Shown: positions 44,840 to 59,129 of the stretch, one piece after another
How the letters are laid out: each line of letters starts with the position of its first letter
Numbering within the stretch: position 1 is the first letter of the stretch
DNA from: the human T2T-CHM13v2.0 reference genome, Homo sapiens
DNA: 64,000 nucleotides
Direction: 5' to 3' (one strand)
NCBI RefSeq assembly: GCF_009914755.1
Contig: NC_060930.1
Made by a program: the position numbers and the translations under genes
The notes under the pieces: model-generated
What the model saw: only the letters and a program-made list of their open reading frames with translations
The model's database searches: none
What the model was told of the DNA's origin: nothing

Positions 44840-45752
44840 CTTAAAAATGATTGATTTATATTAAAGATTTTGGGGGATTATAATCATTTGTTCACTATTT
44901 ATTTTAAATTCCAGTGATACACCCAAAATATATGTCAAAAACTATGCCTTCCCCCTTTTGTTAAATTCTTTTACCATTTTCAGCCCAGGGTGGAATAAAG
45001 AGATATTCTATTGTTATTTCCAAGGATAGTTAATAGCTATACCAATTTACTCCCATTCCCCTACTTGATTCTTTCTGATTTGACAAAAACTGACAAAGAC
45101 TTTTGAAAATTTTTCTTCTTTCAACTGGCATCATACATAACTTTTTTGTCATTAATGTACATGCAGTGTAAATCAATAATCAATAGGTTGTTTATATATG
45201 TTATTTATACATTTTAGTTCCTGTATGTCAAGGACTGTGTTATACACACACATTTCTTACAAATGGGATTAGAATCTAGAAAGAAGAGATAAAATTCATC
45301 AATAATCACTAAACATAGTGAAATAAATGTGATGTGTTAATAAAAGTAATAAAGTTCAAAAATGAATTTAACAGTAGTATTTTTAGCCCTAATTATAGCT
45401 GTGCTTTTGGGGAATAGCAGTATTTATTAATGAATTATGGAAACTAATCTCAGAGTAAAGGATTTCTAGTGATGGGAAGGCAATAATCAAACCAGACATT
45501 ATGTTTTGCACCCTAAAGGCGAGGCACCCTCTAAAACCTCTGCCACCACAGCAACAGAAAGTATTTGTAGGCATGTTATTTGCAAAAGCTATCAACAGTG
45601 TAATATCTCCAAAATTTTATTATTTTTTATGAAATGGAACAGAACACAATGCACTTGGGATATATAAAGAGCAAATCTAGCACAATTGCAAATATAGAAA
45701 TGGTTTGCAATTAGTATATCGGTCAATTCTGAATAACAAAACTGGCTGAACT

Positions 45753-46130
45753 TGTGTCTTAGTAAATTTGGGCTGCTATAACAAAACACCATAGATTAGG
45801 TAGCTTATAAAAATGCCAGAAATTTATTTCTCACAGTTATGAAACCTTGGAAATCCAAGATCAAGGCATCAGAAAATTGTCTGATGAGGCTTGCCTCATA
45901 GCCAGCTGTCTTCTCCCTGTAATCTCACATGAAAGAAGGGATAAGGAGTTTTTCTCTTCTTATGAGAGCACTAATCCAGTCATGAGGGTTCTTCGTTCAT
46001 GACCCAATCACCTCACAAAGGTGACCCAATCACCTCACAAAGGCCCTATCTCTTAATATCATCACATTGGGGTTTAGGATTTCAACATATTCATTTTGGG
46101 GTTAGGGATAAACATTCAGTCCACTGCAAC
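45753..46130 (-). mobile_element. MaLR LTR (MLT1A/MSTD-like) with a 22-bp internal tandem duplication
   Basis: tgtcttagt...gctgctataacaaaa...aaacattcagtccactgca; tgacccaatcacctcacaaagg x2. Confidence 0.8.
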
Positions 46131-46884
46131 TGGCATGGATATGGAGATAGATAAATGCACAAAGTAGGGTGAACAAGATAAAGAACAAAGAAAAACACAT
46201 TGAGACTAAGCTTTCAGATATTCTTAGTAAAGGGTTGCATCAATATCCTAGAGAGGAAGAATTATGCACACTGAAATTCTTTTGTAGTATCATATGTTAC
46301 ATGCCATCAATAAGCTATCTATATAAAATAAGCATGGCAAAGTGATGTTATCCGTCAGTAGTTGTTTTTCATTTCTCACATGCTGGTGGAGTTTCTTGCC
46401 ATCCAGAATAAAGCTTTACTTATATCTAGGTTTAGCCATGTGACTAATTCTGGCCAATGAGGTTTAAATAGAAGTGTCACATGGCAGCTGCCAGGTAAAT
46501 TTCTTAAGATTAAGTTGGCACCTCTCCATTTGTCCCCTCTTCAGAGTTTTCTTCATCCTGTTCCCTGGAGTACAGATACCACCTTTGTGGACCATAGGGT
46601 GAAGGATTATATGTTAGGGATGGCAAGGTGGTGAGCTGGAAAGATCCCAGGTTTTTGGAGGCTTCATAGAGCATAACTACCAAATTATCCTGGGACCATT
46701 TCTTGCCTCTGGATTTTGTTTATATGACAGATAAATTTATTGATATTTATTTAGATCACTATTATTTTTCCTTTTCTCTCACTTTCAGGCAAACATAATC
46801 CTAATTAATTAAATGTATTCATGAATCTATACACAGATTTATACTTGTATACATAGATCTTTCTATAGTGAATTACTTTTCAAC

Positions 46885-47289
46885 ATATGAGTCTGTTCTC
46901 TTGCTGCTATAAAGAAATACCTGAGATTGGGTAATTTATAATGAAAAGAGGTTTAATTGGCTCACAGTTCTACAGGCTGTACAAGAAATGTGGCTGGGGA
47001 GGCCTCAGGGAGCTTTTGCACATGGCTGAAGGCAAAGCAGGAGGAGTTGTCTTCATGTGACTGGAGCAGGAGGTGGAGAAGTGGGAGAGGTGCTACATAC
47101 TTTTAAATAACCAGATCTCATGATAACTCACTCGCTCACTATCATGAGAACAGCACCCAGGAAGATGGTATTAAGGTATCAGAAACTGCCCTGATGATCC
47201 AATCACCTTCCTCCAGGCCCTATCTCCAACATTGAGGATTAAAATTAAATATGAAATTTGGGTGGGGACACAAATTCAAACGATATCAA
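46885..47289 (-). mobile_element. MSTA/MSTB-like MaLR LTR
   Basis: gctataaagaaatacctgaga...gaggtttaattggctcacagttc...gggtggggacaca...atatca. Confidence 0.88.
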
Positions 47290-47548
47290 TACATCTTTTT
47301 GTCAAACTTTAAATGTTAGAAGAATGCTGCAAATAATAATTGATAAACATACTTCGGCTAGGCAAATCCAGTCAACATTTGTGGTCAATATTCTTTTTGA
47401 GAAAATGGACTAACTATGCAGTGCTACTGGATAAAATCAGAAAGAAATTGGGAGGTGGAAAAAGAGATGCAGGAGAATTGTAAAAAAAAAAAAAAAAGAG
47501 GAAAGAAATAATTAGAAAAGAATGAAGAAAAAAATATATATAATCGAT

Positions 47549-47990
47549 AATGAAACAGAAGATTTTATTGACTGGTGGAGGTAGATCCCAGCAAGATGGA
47601 TGGGGAACCAGAAGGGGGATGGAGTGGGAAGGTGGTCTTGCTCTGGAGTTGGGCCACCCACCAGCCAGACTCTCCTCCGACTGCCCCCCGCCGAATTCCT
47701 TTTGGTGTCTGTGTTGTTCCACCATTGCTGGCATGCCCATGTCTGGTGGTGTCTGTTGGTTTGTTCTTCTGCTTTTCTCAACATTCAGCCCCATGTGTCT
47801 GGCCCACTAGGGTCTCAAGTTTTTATGGGCAGAGGATGGGGGCATGGCAGGCCAAAAGGCAACTTTTTGGGCATGAAAATAGAAATGGCTGTCCTCATTT
47901 AGGTCCTGTGGGCACGGGCTTCAGGGTGGAGCCCTCGTCAGGGACCCTGACCTTCGCTACCTAGCATTTCCCTGCCCCCATCCCATATCA
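47549..47990 (-). mobile_element. ERV1 LTR (LTR27/28/LTR1-like), missing its 3' (U5) end
   Basis: Reverse complement starts tgatatgggatgggggcagggaaatgctagg, has cccataaaaa and AATAAA, then breaks off. Confidence 0.75.
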
Positions 47991-48164
47991 ACAACACATA
48001 ATATATAACAAAATAATTTCAGTGTGCATTATTCCTCTTCTCTAGGATATCAATAAAACCCTTTGCAAAGAATATCTGAAATCTTAGTCCCACGCATTTT
48101 CTATTTTTGCTGTATCATGCTTATCCTACTTTGTATATCTTTCTACCTACAGGTACATGCCAGC

Positions 48165-48400
48165 TGCAGTGAACTGAATGCTCATGTTTCTTCCAAAAGG
48201 TATTTGTTGAAATCCCAAACCCCAATGTGATGATATTAGGAGGTAGGGCCTTTGGGATGTGATTGGGTCAAGGGCGAAGAGCCCTAATGACTGGACTAGT
48301 GCCCTCCTAAGAAGAGATGAGGAAAATCTCTCATTCTTTCCTTCTTTATTGTGAGATTATAGTGACAAGACAACCACCGTCTCTTGGATTTCCCAGCTTC
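48165..48400 (+). mobile_element. MLT1-like MaLR LTR fragment
   Basis: tgttgaaatccc...cccaatgtgatgatattaggaggtagggcctttggg. Confidence 0.7.
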
Positions 48401-48479
48401 AACAAGACTTTGTCACACACAAATACAGACACACACACACATACACATGTGCACACACATACATGCAGCATTAAATAAT

Positions 48480-48606
48480 ATAACCAGGCATGTTGGCATG
48501 CACCTGTAGTCCCAGCTGCTTGGGAGGTTGAGGCAGGAGGATGGCTGGAACCCAGGAGTTTGAGGCCAACCTGGACAACATAGTAAGACCTTGTCTCAAA
48601 AAAAAA
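48480..48606 (+). mobile_element. Alu monomer (FLAM-like)
   Basis: Single arm cctgtagtcccagct...ccaggagtttgaggcc...gtctcaaaaa. Confidence 0.85.
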
Positions 48607-51600
48607 GAGGAATATACACAGTTTTGATACACAGCTTTCTACATTCAGTATGGCAGACTGTCCCTGGGAATCCTAAACATTCACTGTCTTGATTAACACC
48701 CTTCAGACCCCAAGAAAACAGTTCTCCGCATCTGTTGAACTATGCCCTCAAAACACTAAGTAACTGGTCTCAGATTTCATGAATGTTTGTGGGTAGTGCT
48801 GTTTCAGAGTACCAAAATAATCTGTGCAGCATGACGTTTAGATCCAAGGGAAGAAGATATTTAACTCTGATAGCATTTAACTCCGATAGCATGAATTCGA
48901 CAGCTTCTCTCAAAAACATTTCATTTCCTAGTTTTGCTAAGAGTTATTTTCTTGGTTTTTTTTTTTGTTCCAATGTGAAGTTCTGGAGTTACTCACAAAT
49001 TAATATGGTATTTGAAATATCACCTGTGGTACCTGGGGAATATTCCTCTCTCCTAAACAATTTAAATTCTCTTAAATTTGTATATGTCTAGACATAACAA
49101 GTATCTTGACACTGATTTTTGTAATTGACAACTAGACAAACACTGAAAACTGGAACAGAATTTTATTTTATAAAAATATTTAACAATATTTAATAAAATT
49201 GTCTAAATTAAAATTTATATTTATTTGTTGTTTTAAATGCCAATTTATTAACAATGTTTATTATTAACATTTGATTTTTGTCAATTTAAGGTTAATGATT
49301 TTTAATATTATAAGAAAAGTAACTTTTTGAAACCATATGTAAAATAGTTTTAACTTTTGAAATTTTACATGTACTTTAATGTATTATTAATTAAAATGTA
49401 CATTTTTACACAATGAATACAATTTCATTTCTCTTTAATACTTTCAATGTATCACAAGATTTAAACATATTGATTACAACATAAGGAATAAAGATTTACC
49501 TTTTTGCTCTAACATCTTCATGTGGTTAGCTATTGGGACTCTTTAGTTCCTGTGTTTTCTTATTTTCCTTAAGTTCTCTTATTATACCATGTGTCACTGT
49601 TTATACTGACTAAAGAATTCATTCCTAACCATTCATTTTTACTTGTATTATGTCTCATTTATATAATGATAAAATGTAATGATGAGGAAATATAAAATGG
49701 ATAAAATCAGAAAGAAATTGGGAGGTGGAAAAAGAGATGCAGGAGAATTGTAAAAAAAGAAAAGAAAAGAAATAATTAGAAAAGAATGAAGAAAAAGAGG
49801 GAACTGAAACCAGAAAATTTAAAAATGGCTTGCCAAGACACTCATGAATGAAATAAAGAAGAAACAGAGATGCAAAGAGCCATGCAGGGTGAAGGCCTAG
49901 CAAGTAAGACTTGTGCGGTCCCAACTCTGCTCCATAGACACTGTCACATCACTTAACTTTTGGTAGTCTATTTTCAACAGAATGCAAGGTTGGACTCAGT
50001 TTTAAAGTTCACTTCTATTTTTAAGGTTTCATATCTGAGAGAAAACAGTCCAGATATAAATTAAAATGACTGTAGTGCCTTATTACGGCTGATTTACTTT
50101 CACTAATAATAATTTCAGAAAACTGAGTATCTCAACATAAATATATGAAAAAATAAAAACACATTTATTGTTATGTGATGTACCAAAGTGATTTTTGCTT
50201 GTCAGGATCAGTATTTTACACTAGTTAAGCATCTCCCATTTGTGTGTCCCAAATATCCCTCTATGCTTTACAATTGAGGACACATAAGTAACAGTGTCAG
50301 GCTATCTAAACTTGAGGTTAAATTTAAGATCAGTAATGCAGTGACAATCATACTTCACTGCCTTTTTCCTCTCCTGTTATTGTAAGACTCAACCCTCAAT
50401 TCATAGTGGGGATATTACATGTATGCATATTCAAATTCACTAACCTACCAATATAGTGATTGCTGGTTTTGTTCTGTCTTCTAGCTTTGGTCTCCTTGTA
50501 CGTGTCTCCTATTAAAACCTCTACAGTTAATCCTCCAAACTGAATTAATTTTTTCTGCCATATATATATGTATACATACGTATATATGTATATATGTGTA
50601 CATATATATATCTGCCATTTATATAAAATATATATAATACACACACACATGTCCTTTTAACCTCTGTATTTCTCCTTTGAACATGATTGCAATTAGAATT
50701 AAGGAATTATTTGTGTAATTATGTATTTCAATCTCTTCACACCATTGGATCTCTGTGAGGGCTAGGGGATGAGATAATGTTGCTCTTACGATGTATCCTG
50801 GCATCTAACACACAACCAAGATACGTGAATGCTTTGCTAGATTTCCAGGGCTAGAGAAGAATGCTGCTTCTAATAGCACCACTGCGTATGATCCACTTTT
50901 CCAACTATTGCTGTGCTTGCTGATGTTTGCATATCACCTGGCGTTTTTCCGCCACCCTAAGAGAAATCTACTGCTGAGGTCTTCAAAGTGCCAAACTGAT
51001 GCTTTGTTCTCAGGAGTTCTCCAGGTCCTAAGCAGTTAATTCTGCTTTCCTGGCAGAAGTGAACGAAATACCTCTCAACCCCTTTTAAATTACATTTTGC
51101 ACTCTGAATGTCTTTTAGGAGAAAATAACTCTTTCAGCTCTTATAACACAGTTCCTCCTACAACTCAGATGTGAATTATTTGGAAAAGAGAGGGTGTATA
51201 TTTATGTGTATATGTGTGCATGCATACATGTATGTGTTCTGCCACTAAGGGTAGCACTAGATGTAAGAACCAACCTGAATGACAGGCAGTGTCTCCTTGT
51301 TTGAAATTGCCTCTTCATTTGGATTAGGAAGACTTTGTTTTAGGACAGAGTTTTATGCCTACTTCCTCTTCTCACACATCCTCCCTCTGTAGCCCTCTCA
51401 TAAGTGTTCCAGAAATCCCCATGTGTCTGAATTTGTTGTGGACATATCTTACCTTTAGGCTTGGGTCACACACTGCCATGTCTGCCACAGGCAGAGGAAA
51501 AATACAGCAGAGCATTGCTGTTCTTCTGTGTTGCCTGTCAGTGTGTGGTACACATTCATCATCAATATATATTTTTAATGGCTGTGGCATCCCCTCCGTT

Positions 51601-52309
51601 CATTAGATATTATTTGAAATTGACTTGAATTCAACATCTCTATTATAATTATAACAATATTTAATTGGATATTTATTCTCAAAGACTTCAATAGCCAAGA
51701 ATTCGAAAGTATGATAATTACCAATCCTATTCCAACTACACCGTTGCTCAATACCTGTGACCCTTGACAAGCCTCGAAGCTCTTTGTCTTAGGTTGTTCA
51801 TGTAGTAAATGATAGGGAAAGACCACACACTTTCTCACCTTTTGAGTTCTCATTTCATTCTCAAACACAGGTCTGATATTTCTATAATTATATTTATATT
51901 ATACAATATACATTGTATTTTAAATGCATAGAAATATAAAGAAGTAAATAAAAGTCACCTATACAGAACTGCTACATTTTGCTATGTGTTGGTGTTATGT
52001 GCATATTTTTTCTTTTATAAGAGAAACATATATCTTTATATCTTGCTCTTTTTATTTTATATTTAAGAACATTTTCTCATGTTAGTAAATGTTTATCAAA
52101 ATAATGAAAAAAGTTGTTCAAGGTCACAATTATTAATGGCTGCATATTAGAATAGATGTGCTGTAATACATTTAATTAATATTATATTGATGGATATTTT
52201 TTATTTTTAAATTAAAATCAATAATGCAAGAGAATTCTCTCATACATATTCACACATACATATGTATTACAGATATTTATTGTATAATAATACCAGTAAT
52301 CCTAGCTAA

Positions 52310-52560
52310 TAAAACAGCTCACATATATAGGGATCTTATGTGCCAGCCTCTATGCAAAGGATTTTGCATGTATTACTTTATTTAATCCATACCATAATTC
52401 TTTGAGGTAGGTCTCAAAGTATTCCCACTTTGTAAATGAAAAAAAAGGAAGCACATGGATTTTAAGGAATTTTTACAAAATCACAGAATTAGTAAGCTTT
52501 GAGATGTAAGTCCAGGAGGTTACATACCAGGCACTAGGTTCTTTAAAACTATATCCTATA
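52310..52560 (-). mobile_element. MIR fragment
   Basis: tgtgccag...tttaatccat...attcccactttgtaaatga core-like sequence. Confidence 0.6.
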
Positions 52561-53444
52561 ATGTTTTCATAAATATTTATATGCTAATTTCCTTAGAATA
52601 GATTATTAAAAGTCAAATTTCTGAGTCAAAATTTATTTAAAAAACTCATGGTCTGTATACTACTATATTTGGGATATGCCCTAGGAAGCAAGTCTAGACT
52701 ATGTAGATACCAGGTTTAAATGTTAGTTCCATAGGAAACTGAATAGCATTGTCAGACTTCAAACAGGAGTTTTATTAAAAGGTTCAGAGGTGAATAATAA
52801 AATAGTCAGAAATATGGAAAATGAAAGAGAAAACAAAAAAATAAAAGACACAAAATAAGAAATTTCAAGTTAAAAACATGTGAAAAAAATTTAAAGATTA
52901 ACTTTCTAATTTTCTTCTTCCCTTACTCACCAGCATGTTTCTGTCAAAAGGGTGTAAGTCCTCAATTCCAGAACCCTTTTCTTACTTATTTGAAACCAAG
53001 GAGAAAATAGAAAGATCAATAGAAATGAAAGAGAATCAAAGTTTAAAAATCAAAATTAGGAAATGCCCAATAAACAGACAAAAGACACCTAAGTATATAA
53101 TCATTGTCATTTTGAATAAAGATTTTATCTTTCTTTCTTTTAAAAATAATCATGTGTCCCCTTGAGCGATGTTTATCTATTCATAGTAAAACACAAAAAT
53201 AAGATTTTTAAAGTGAAGTCATCCTCATAAAAGTGAGCATATATTTCAGAAGTGTCCCCACTATCTAAGAGAGAAAATGGATAAAACTCTCAATTTAAAA
53301 TTTGTCTGTTGTAATTATAGGATGGTAGTTAAATCTAGATTATTCTTCACAAACAAGGTCCTGCACTAACTCATTCCACACCTTGGGTGGTGAACTCCTT
53401 CATGGCAACCCTGAATAGTAGAAAAGTTTGTATTATTCGTAGTT

Positions 53445-56400
53445 GGGAAGGAATCAAGATGGCAGACTACATTGAGGTCCTATGTGTCTCCTCCACGGAG
53501 AAGACCCAGAATAGTAAGTGGATACACTGAGAACAGATTGTCTAGAACAGAATGCTTTGATTCATCAGAGAAGAGATGGGGAGCACCAGAAGTAAGGAGA
53601 AAGTTTGCAGTAGCTTGCCCAGCTGGGAACCAACTGAAAGCTGGGAGAGGCTACGAGACACTGGAAAATAGTAAGAGAGAAATCCTCAGAAATCTGAAAT
53701 GGGCTTTAATGATCTTGGGTATGGGAGAAATACTCAACCCGCTAGGGCCTGATGCCTGAAATACAGAGATGCCTATAGACTTCACAAGACGTTGCTCCAG
53801 AAAGGAAACGCACACAGAATCCCATAGGCATATAAAGCCTAGTGCAGCCTCAGATGCAAGCCATTTTGAGAGCCCCAATAACCGAGGATTTACAGACACA
53901 GCTGCAGTTGCTGTTCTGTTCCAAAGAGGGAGAGGGGAAACTGGTGGTGTTCACATACCCCTGGGAAGATACTTTGCTGTGAGCTGCCTTTGAGACTGAG
54001 ATACAAGTGAACTGCATTCCACACAGCTTCTTGTTCACACTGCTTGCCTAGGTGATGCCCATTCTCTCTGGTCCCAGGCCCAAGGTACCATTTCAAGAGT
54101 TTTATGCCAAGCTGTTTCACACCCTAACCCTGAGTTTGGGCTTATGGCTGCAGCTACTGCCCAGCCAAGAGGGAAGTGAGGCTGTCTTACAACAACCTAT
54201 GACAATACCCAGTGCCCTTCTACAGGCTGCTGTGAGACCAAGAATCAAGCAGACCATACTCCTCACAGCTTCTTGCCTCTGCTGCCCACCTGACACAGGC
54301 CCAAACCACTCCAGTCACATTTCCATAGATGGCATCATTTTGAGAGCTTATAGACATTTTTTGGTGATCTAGTAGCAGCAGTCACAGTAGGCATTTTAGT
54401 CTTGAAACAGATATTGGGTCTGTTGCTCTGTAGTGGGGAAGGGCTGTAACAGCCAGAATCGAGTGGAAAGTGTAGAGATTGCCCCAGCAGTAGGTATTGG
54501 AATTATATGCCCCCCATCATTGCAGGACTGGAGGAGGAGAGTAGCTGAAGCCAAATTTCTCCTGGGTAGTGAGACTTACAGCCAGAGACAGCTTTGTGAC
54601 CTGAAACCCGGTCTGCATGTATCATTTCTGGGTGCTCTAGTCTGTTCCCTTGGTGAGTTAGGGAACAGTGTCCCACCAGCTCTGAGGAGCAAGAGAAAGG
54701 TGGAACCCACTCCTCTAATCTAACTCTTGGTTTGGTTTGCCCCTAAGGGAGGGTGAAGTGCAGCCCACTAAAGCTCCTGTTAGCACAATAAAAATGCAAG
54801 CATGGCACCAGCCACTGACAGCAGCTCCACCGAAGCCCAGGAATGGATGTAGAGACAAGGTTATCTCTTACCCCTTGCCATGTGTCCTCAATGCACTGTT
54901 GTGGACTTAGCAGCAGCTACTCCCTTAAGGGCCCAGGGAGCATGGGCAGAAAGAGACTGCTTCTTGGGCTTCTCCAGCAGCTCCACCCCCAACGAAGGCA
55001 AACACACACTGGAGAAGGGTGCTTTTCATACTTCTTCATTGCCACTTCCCATGCCCCTACCTGCTGGCTCCTACTCTTAAGCAACACCAACTAGAGTACA
55101 GCCTGAATTATACCACCAAGAAAAATTACATTGCTACAAAAGCAATGCCTGAGAAAGCCATTTCACAAACCTGCCTTCAACCAAGAAACCTGTACAGAGA
55201 CGTGGCAACCTGAAAGCACCCAGAAACGAAGCTAATCAAACAATACGTACCATAGTCATACCCCCAAGGGAATAAAATCAAGAAGCCCCATCCAAATCAG
55301 AGTAAATTTTTTAAAAAACTGTCAGCCCTAGCAGACTCTCAAATGAGAAGAAACCAATGCAAGAACTCCAGCAATAGAAAAAGTCAGAGTGTTTTGTCAC
55401 CTCCGGAGGATCCCACTAACTTCCAAACAATAGATCCTGACCAGAATGAAATGTCTGATATGATAGCTATAGAATTGAGAATATGGATGGCAAAGAAATT
55501 CACTGAGATCCAAGATAAAGTTGAAATCCAGCACTAAGAACACACACACAAAAAATGATCTAAAATATGAAAGAAAACATAGCCATATTAAGAAACAACC
55601 AAACAGAGTTTCTGGAATTGAGCAATTCACTACAGAAATTTAAAAAGACAGTTGAAAGTCTTCACAACAGACTAGACCAGAGGTCTCCAATCTTTTGTCT
55701 TCCCTGGGCCACACTGGAAGAAGATGAATTGTCTTGGACCACACATAAAGTACACTAACACCAAGGATAACTGATGAACTAAAAAAAAAAATTACAAAAA
55801 ACTCATAATGTGTTAAGAAAGTTTATGAATTTGTGGTGGGCTGCATTATAAGCTGTCCTGGGTTGCATGTGGCCCACAGGCCATGGGTTGGACAAGCTTG
55901 AACTAGACCAAGAAGAAGAAAGTATTTCAGAGCTCGAAGACCAGTTCCTTGAATCAATCCAGTCAGACAAATGATCAATGAAACAAAAATTTGGTTTTCT
56001 GGAAGGATAAACAAGTTTCATAGACAACTAGCTACATTAACGAAGAAAAAAAGAAAGAAGATACAAATGGCACAATCAGAAATAATAAAGTTGACATTAT
56101 AATTGATCCCACAGAAATACAAAAGGTACTCAGAGACTACTATACAAACATCTCTATGCCCATGAATTAGAAAATCTAGAAGGAACTGATAAATTCCTGA
56201 AAACACACAATCTCCCAATATTGAACCAGGAAGAGACAAAACTCCTAAGAAGACCAGTAATGAGTTCTGAAATTGAATCAGGAATAAAAAATAACCTACC
56301 AACAACAACAACAAAAGAGCCTCAGACAGACCAGATGGATTCACAGCCAAATTCTACCAGACATACAAATAAGAGCTGGTACCAATTCTACTAAAATTTT

Positions 56401-58945
56401 CCAAAAAATTGAGGAAGAGGAGCTTCTCCATAACTCATTCCATGAAATCAGAATTATCCTGATACCAAAATCTTGCAAAGACACAACAACAAAAAAAAAT
56501 TACAGGCCAATATCCCTGATAAACATAGGCATAAATATCCTCAACAAAATACTAGCAAACCAAATCCAGCAGTTTATCAAAAGTTAATTACAACAATCAA
56601 ATAGATTTTATTCCTCAGATGTGAGGATGGTTCAACATATGCAAATTAATAAATGTAATTCACCACATAAAAATAATTAAAAACAAAAACCATATGAGCC
56701 TCTCAATAGACGCAGAGAAAGCATAAAACCCTCAACAAACTAGGCATCAAAGGAACATAACTCAAAATAATAAGAGCCATCTATGACAAACCCACAGCCA
56801 ACATCATTCTGAATGGGCAAAAACTAGAAACAATCTCCCTAGACTGAAACAAGACAAGGATGTCTACTTTCACTACTCCTATTCAACCTAGTACTGGAAA
56901 TCCTAGCCAGAGTAATCAGGCAAGAGATAAAAATAAAAAGCATCAAAATAGGGAAAGAGGAAGTCAAATGATTGTCATTGTGGATGATAAGATTCTATAC
57001 CTAGAAAATGCTAAAGATTCCACCAAAAGACTCCTGGAACTGATAAACAGCTTTGGCAAAATTTCAGGATACAAAACAACATAAATAAATAGCATTTCTA
57101 AATACCAATAACATTTAAGCTGAGAACAAAATCAGGAATGCAATCCCGTTTAAATAGCCACACATAAATAATTAAATACCTAAGAATAAATCTAATTAAG
57201 GAGGTGAAAAATCTTTACAAGGAAAACTATAAAACACTGCTAAAAGAAATCATATTTGACACAAGCAAATGAAAAAGCATTCCATGCTTATGGATTAGAT
57301 GAATCAATATCTTTAAAATGTCCATATGGCCCAAAGTAATCTACAGATTCAATGCTATTTCTATCAACTAACATCATTTTTCATGGAATTAGAAAAAGCT
57401 ATTTTAAAATTCATATGGAACCCAAAAATATCTCGAATAGCCAAAGGCAATCCTAAGTAAAAATAATAATGCCAGGGATATCATATTATAGGAATTCAAA
57501 CTATACTACAAGGCTACAATAGCCAAAACACCATGACAATGGTATAAAAATAGACACATAGACTTAATGGAAACAAATGAAGACTCCAGAAATAAAGATG
57601 CACATGGACAACTGACTGATCTTTAACAAAGTTGACAAAAAAAAAAAAAAAGAAAACAATGGGGAAATGAGACACTCTTCAATAAATAGTGCTCAGAAAA
57701 CTGGATAGCTGCATGCAGAAGAATAAAAACTGGACTTCTTCCTTTCACATTATACAAATATTACATCAAGATGGATTAAAGACTTAAATATAAGACCTCA
57801 AAATATAAAAACCCTACAAGGAAAACTAGGAAATGCCCTTCTAGATATTGCCCTAGGCAAAAAATTTATGACCAAGTTATCAAAGGCAATTGTACCAAAA
57901 ACAAAAGTTGACAATTGGGACCTGATTAAATTAAAGAGTTTATGCACAGCCAAAGAAACTATCAACAGAGTTAACAGACAACCTACAGAACGGGAAAAAA
58001 TATTAGCAAACTATGCATCCAACAAAGGTCTAATATCCAGCATTTATAAGGAACTTAAATCAACGAGAAAAAGACAAGCCCATTTAAAAGAGGGTAAAGG
58101 ACCTGAACAGACACTTTTCAGAAGACATACAAGGGGCCAACAAACATGAAAAAATGCTGAACATCACTAATCCTCAGAGAAAGGCAAATTGAAACCACAG
58201 TGAGTTACCATCTCACACATGTCAGATGGTTATTATTAAAAAGTCAAAAGCAACAGTTATCAGTGAGGCTGCAGAGAAAAGGGAATGCTTATACACTGTT
58301 GGTGGAAATGCAAATTAGTTCAGCCCCTTTGGAACCAGGCTAAAGATTTCTCAAAGATCTAAAAATAGAAATATCATTTGACTCAATAATCCAATTACTG
58401 GGTATATATCCAAAGGTATATATCCAAAAGAAAATAAATCATTCTACTAAAAAGACACATGCACTTGTATGTTCATTGCAACACTATTTACAATAGCAAA
58501 AACATGGAATCAACTGAGGTCTCTGCCAACAGCGGACTGGATAAAGAAAATGTAGTACATATATACAATAAATTACTACACAGCCATAGAAAATCATAAA
58601 ATTACGTTCTTTGCAGAAATATGAATGCAGCTGGAGGCTATTTTAAGCAAATTAATGCAGAAACAAAACTATATACCAAATATTCTCACTGTAAATGGGA
58701 TATCTCCCACTGTAAATGGGAGCTAAATATTGGGTAATCATGAACATAAAAATTGGAACAATAAACAATGGAGATTCTATTAAAAAAAAAAGAGGGAGTG
58801 AGAGGGCATGGGTTGAAAAAGCACCATTGGGTATTATGTTCATTACTTGGATGATGGGATAATTAGAAGCCCAAACCTCAGCATCATGCAATATACTCAT
58901 ATGACAAATCTGCACATGGGCCTTCTGAATCTTAAATTTAAAAAT
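53445..58945 (+). mobile_element. L1PA15/16-like element with 5'UTR, internally deleted
   Basis: caagatggc start, ORF1 start MRRNQCKNS at 55343, jump into ORF2 at ~55970, 3'UTR agaagcccaaacctcagcatca. Confidence 0.9.
55678..55900 (+). mobile_element. MER30 (hAT-Charlie) inserted in L1 ORF1
   Basis: cagaggtctccaatctttt...ggttggacaagcttg; 8-bp TSD gactagac/aactagac. Confidence 0.92.
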
Positions 58946-59129
58946 TATTATGACTTTTAGTAGAAGTAAAGCCCAATATCTTATTAAGTGTTTAAAATGT
59001 TAGCAATTCAATACAAACTATTAAGGCAGTGTAATATTATAGATTAATTTTATTTTCTTAGCAGTGGATTGTCATTTTTGTATCTTGAAGTGCCACATGG
59101 GTAGGAAAATTAGGCTTTGAAATTATGAG

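Noticed and set aside
47414-47964. Cluster of overlapping ORFs
   Set aside because: Explained by the GC-rich LTR; no coding signature
53472-55213. Many short ORFs
   Set aside because: All lie in the L1 5'UTR
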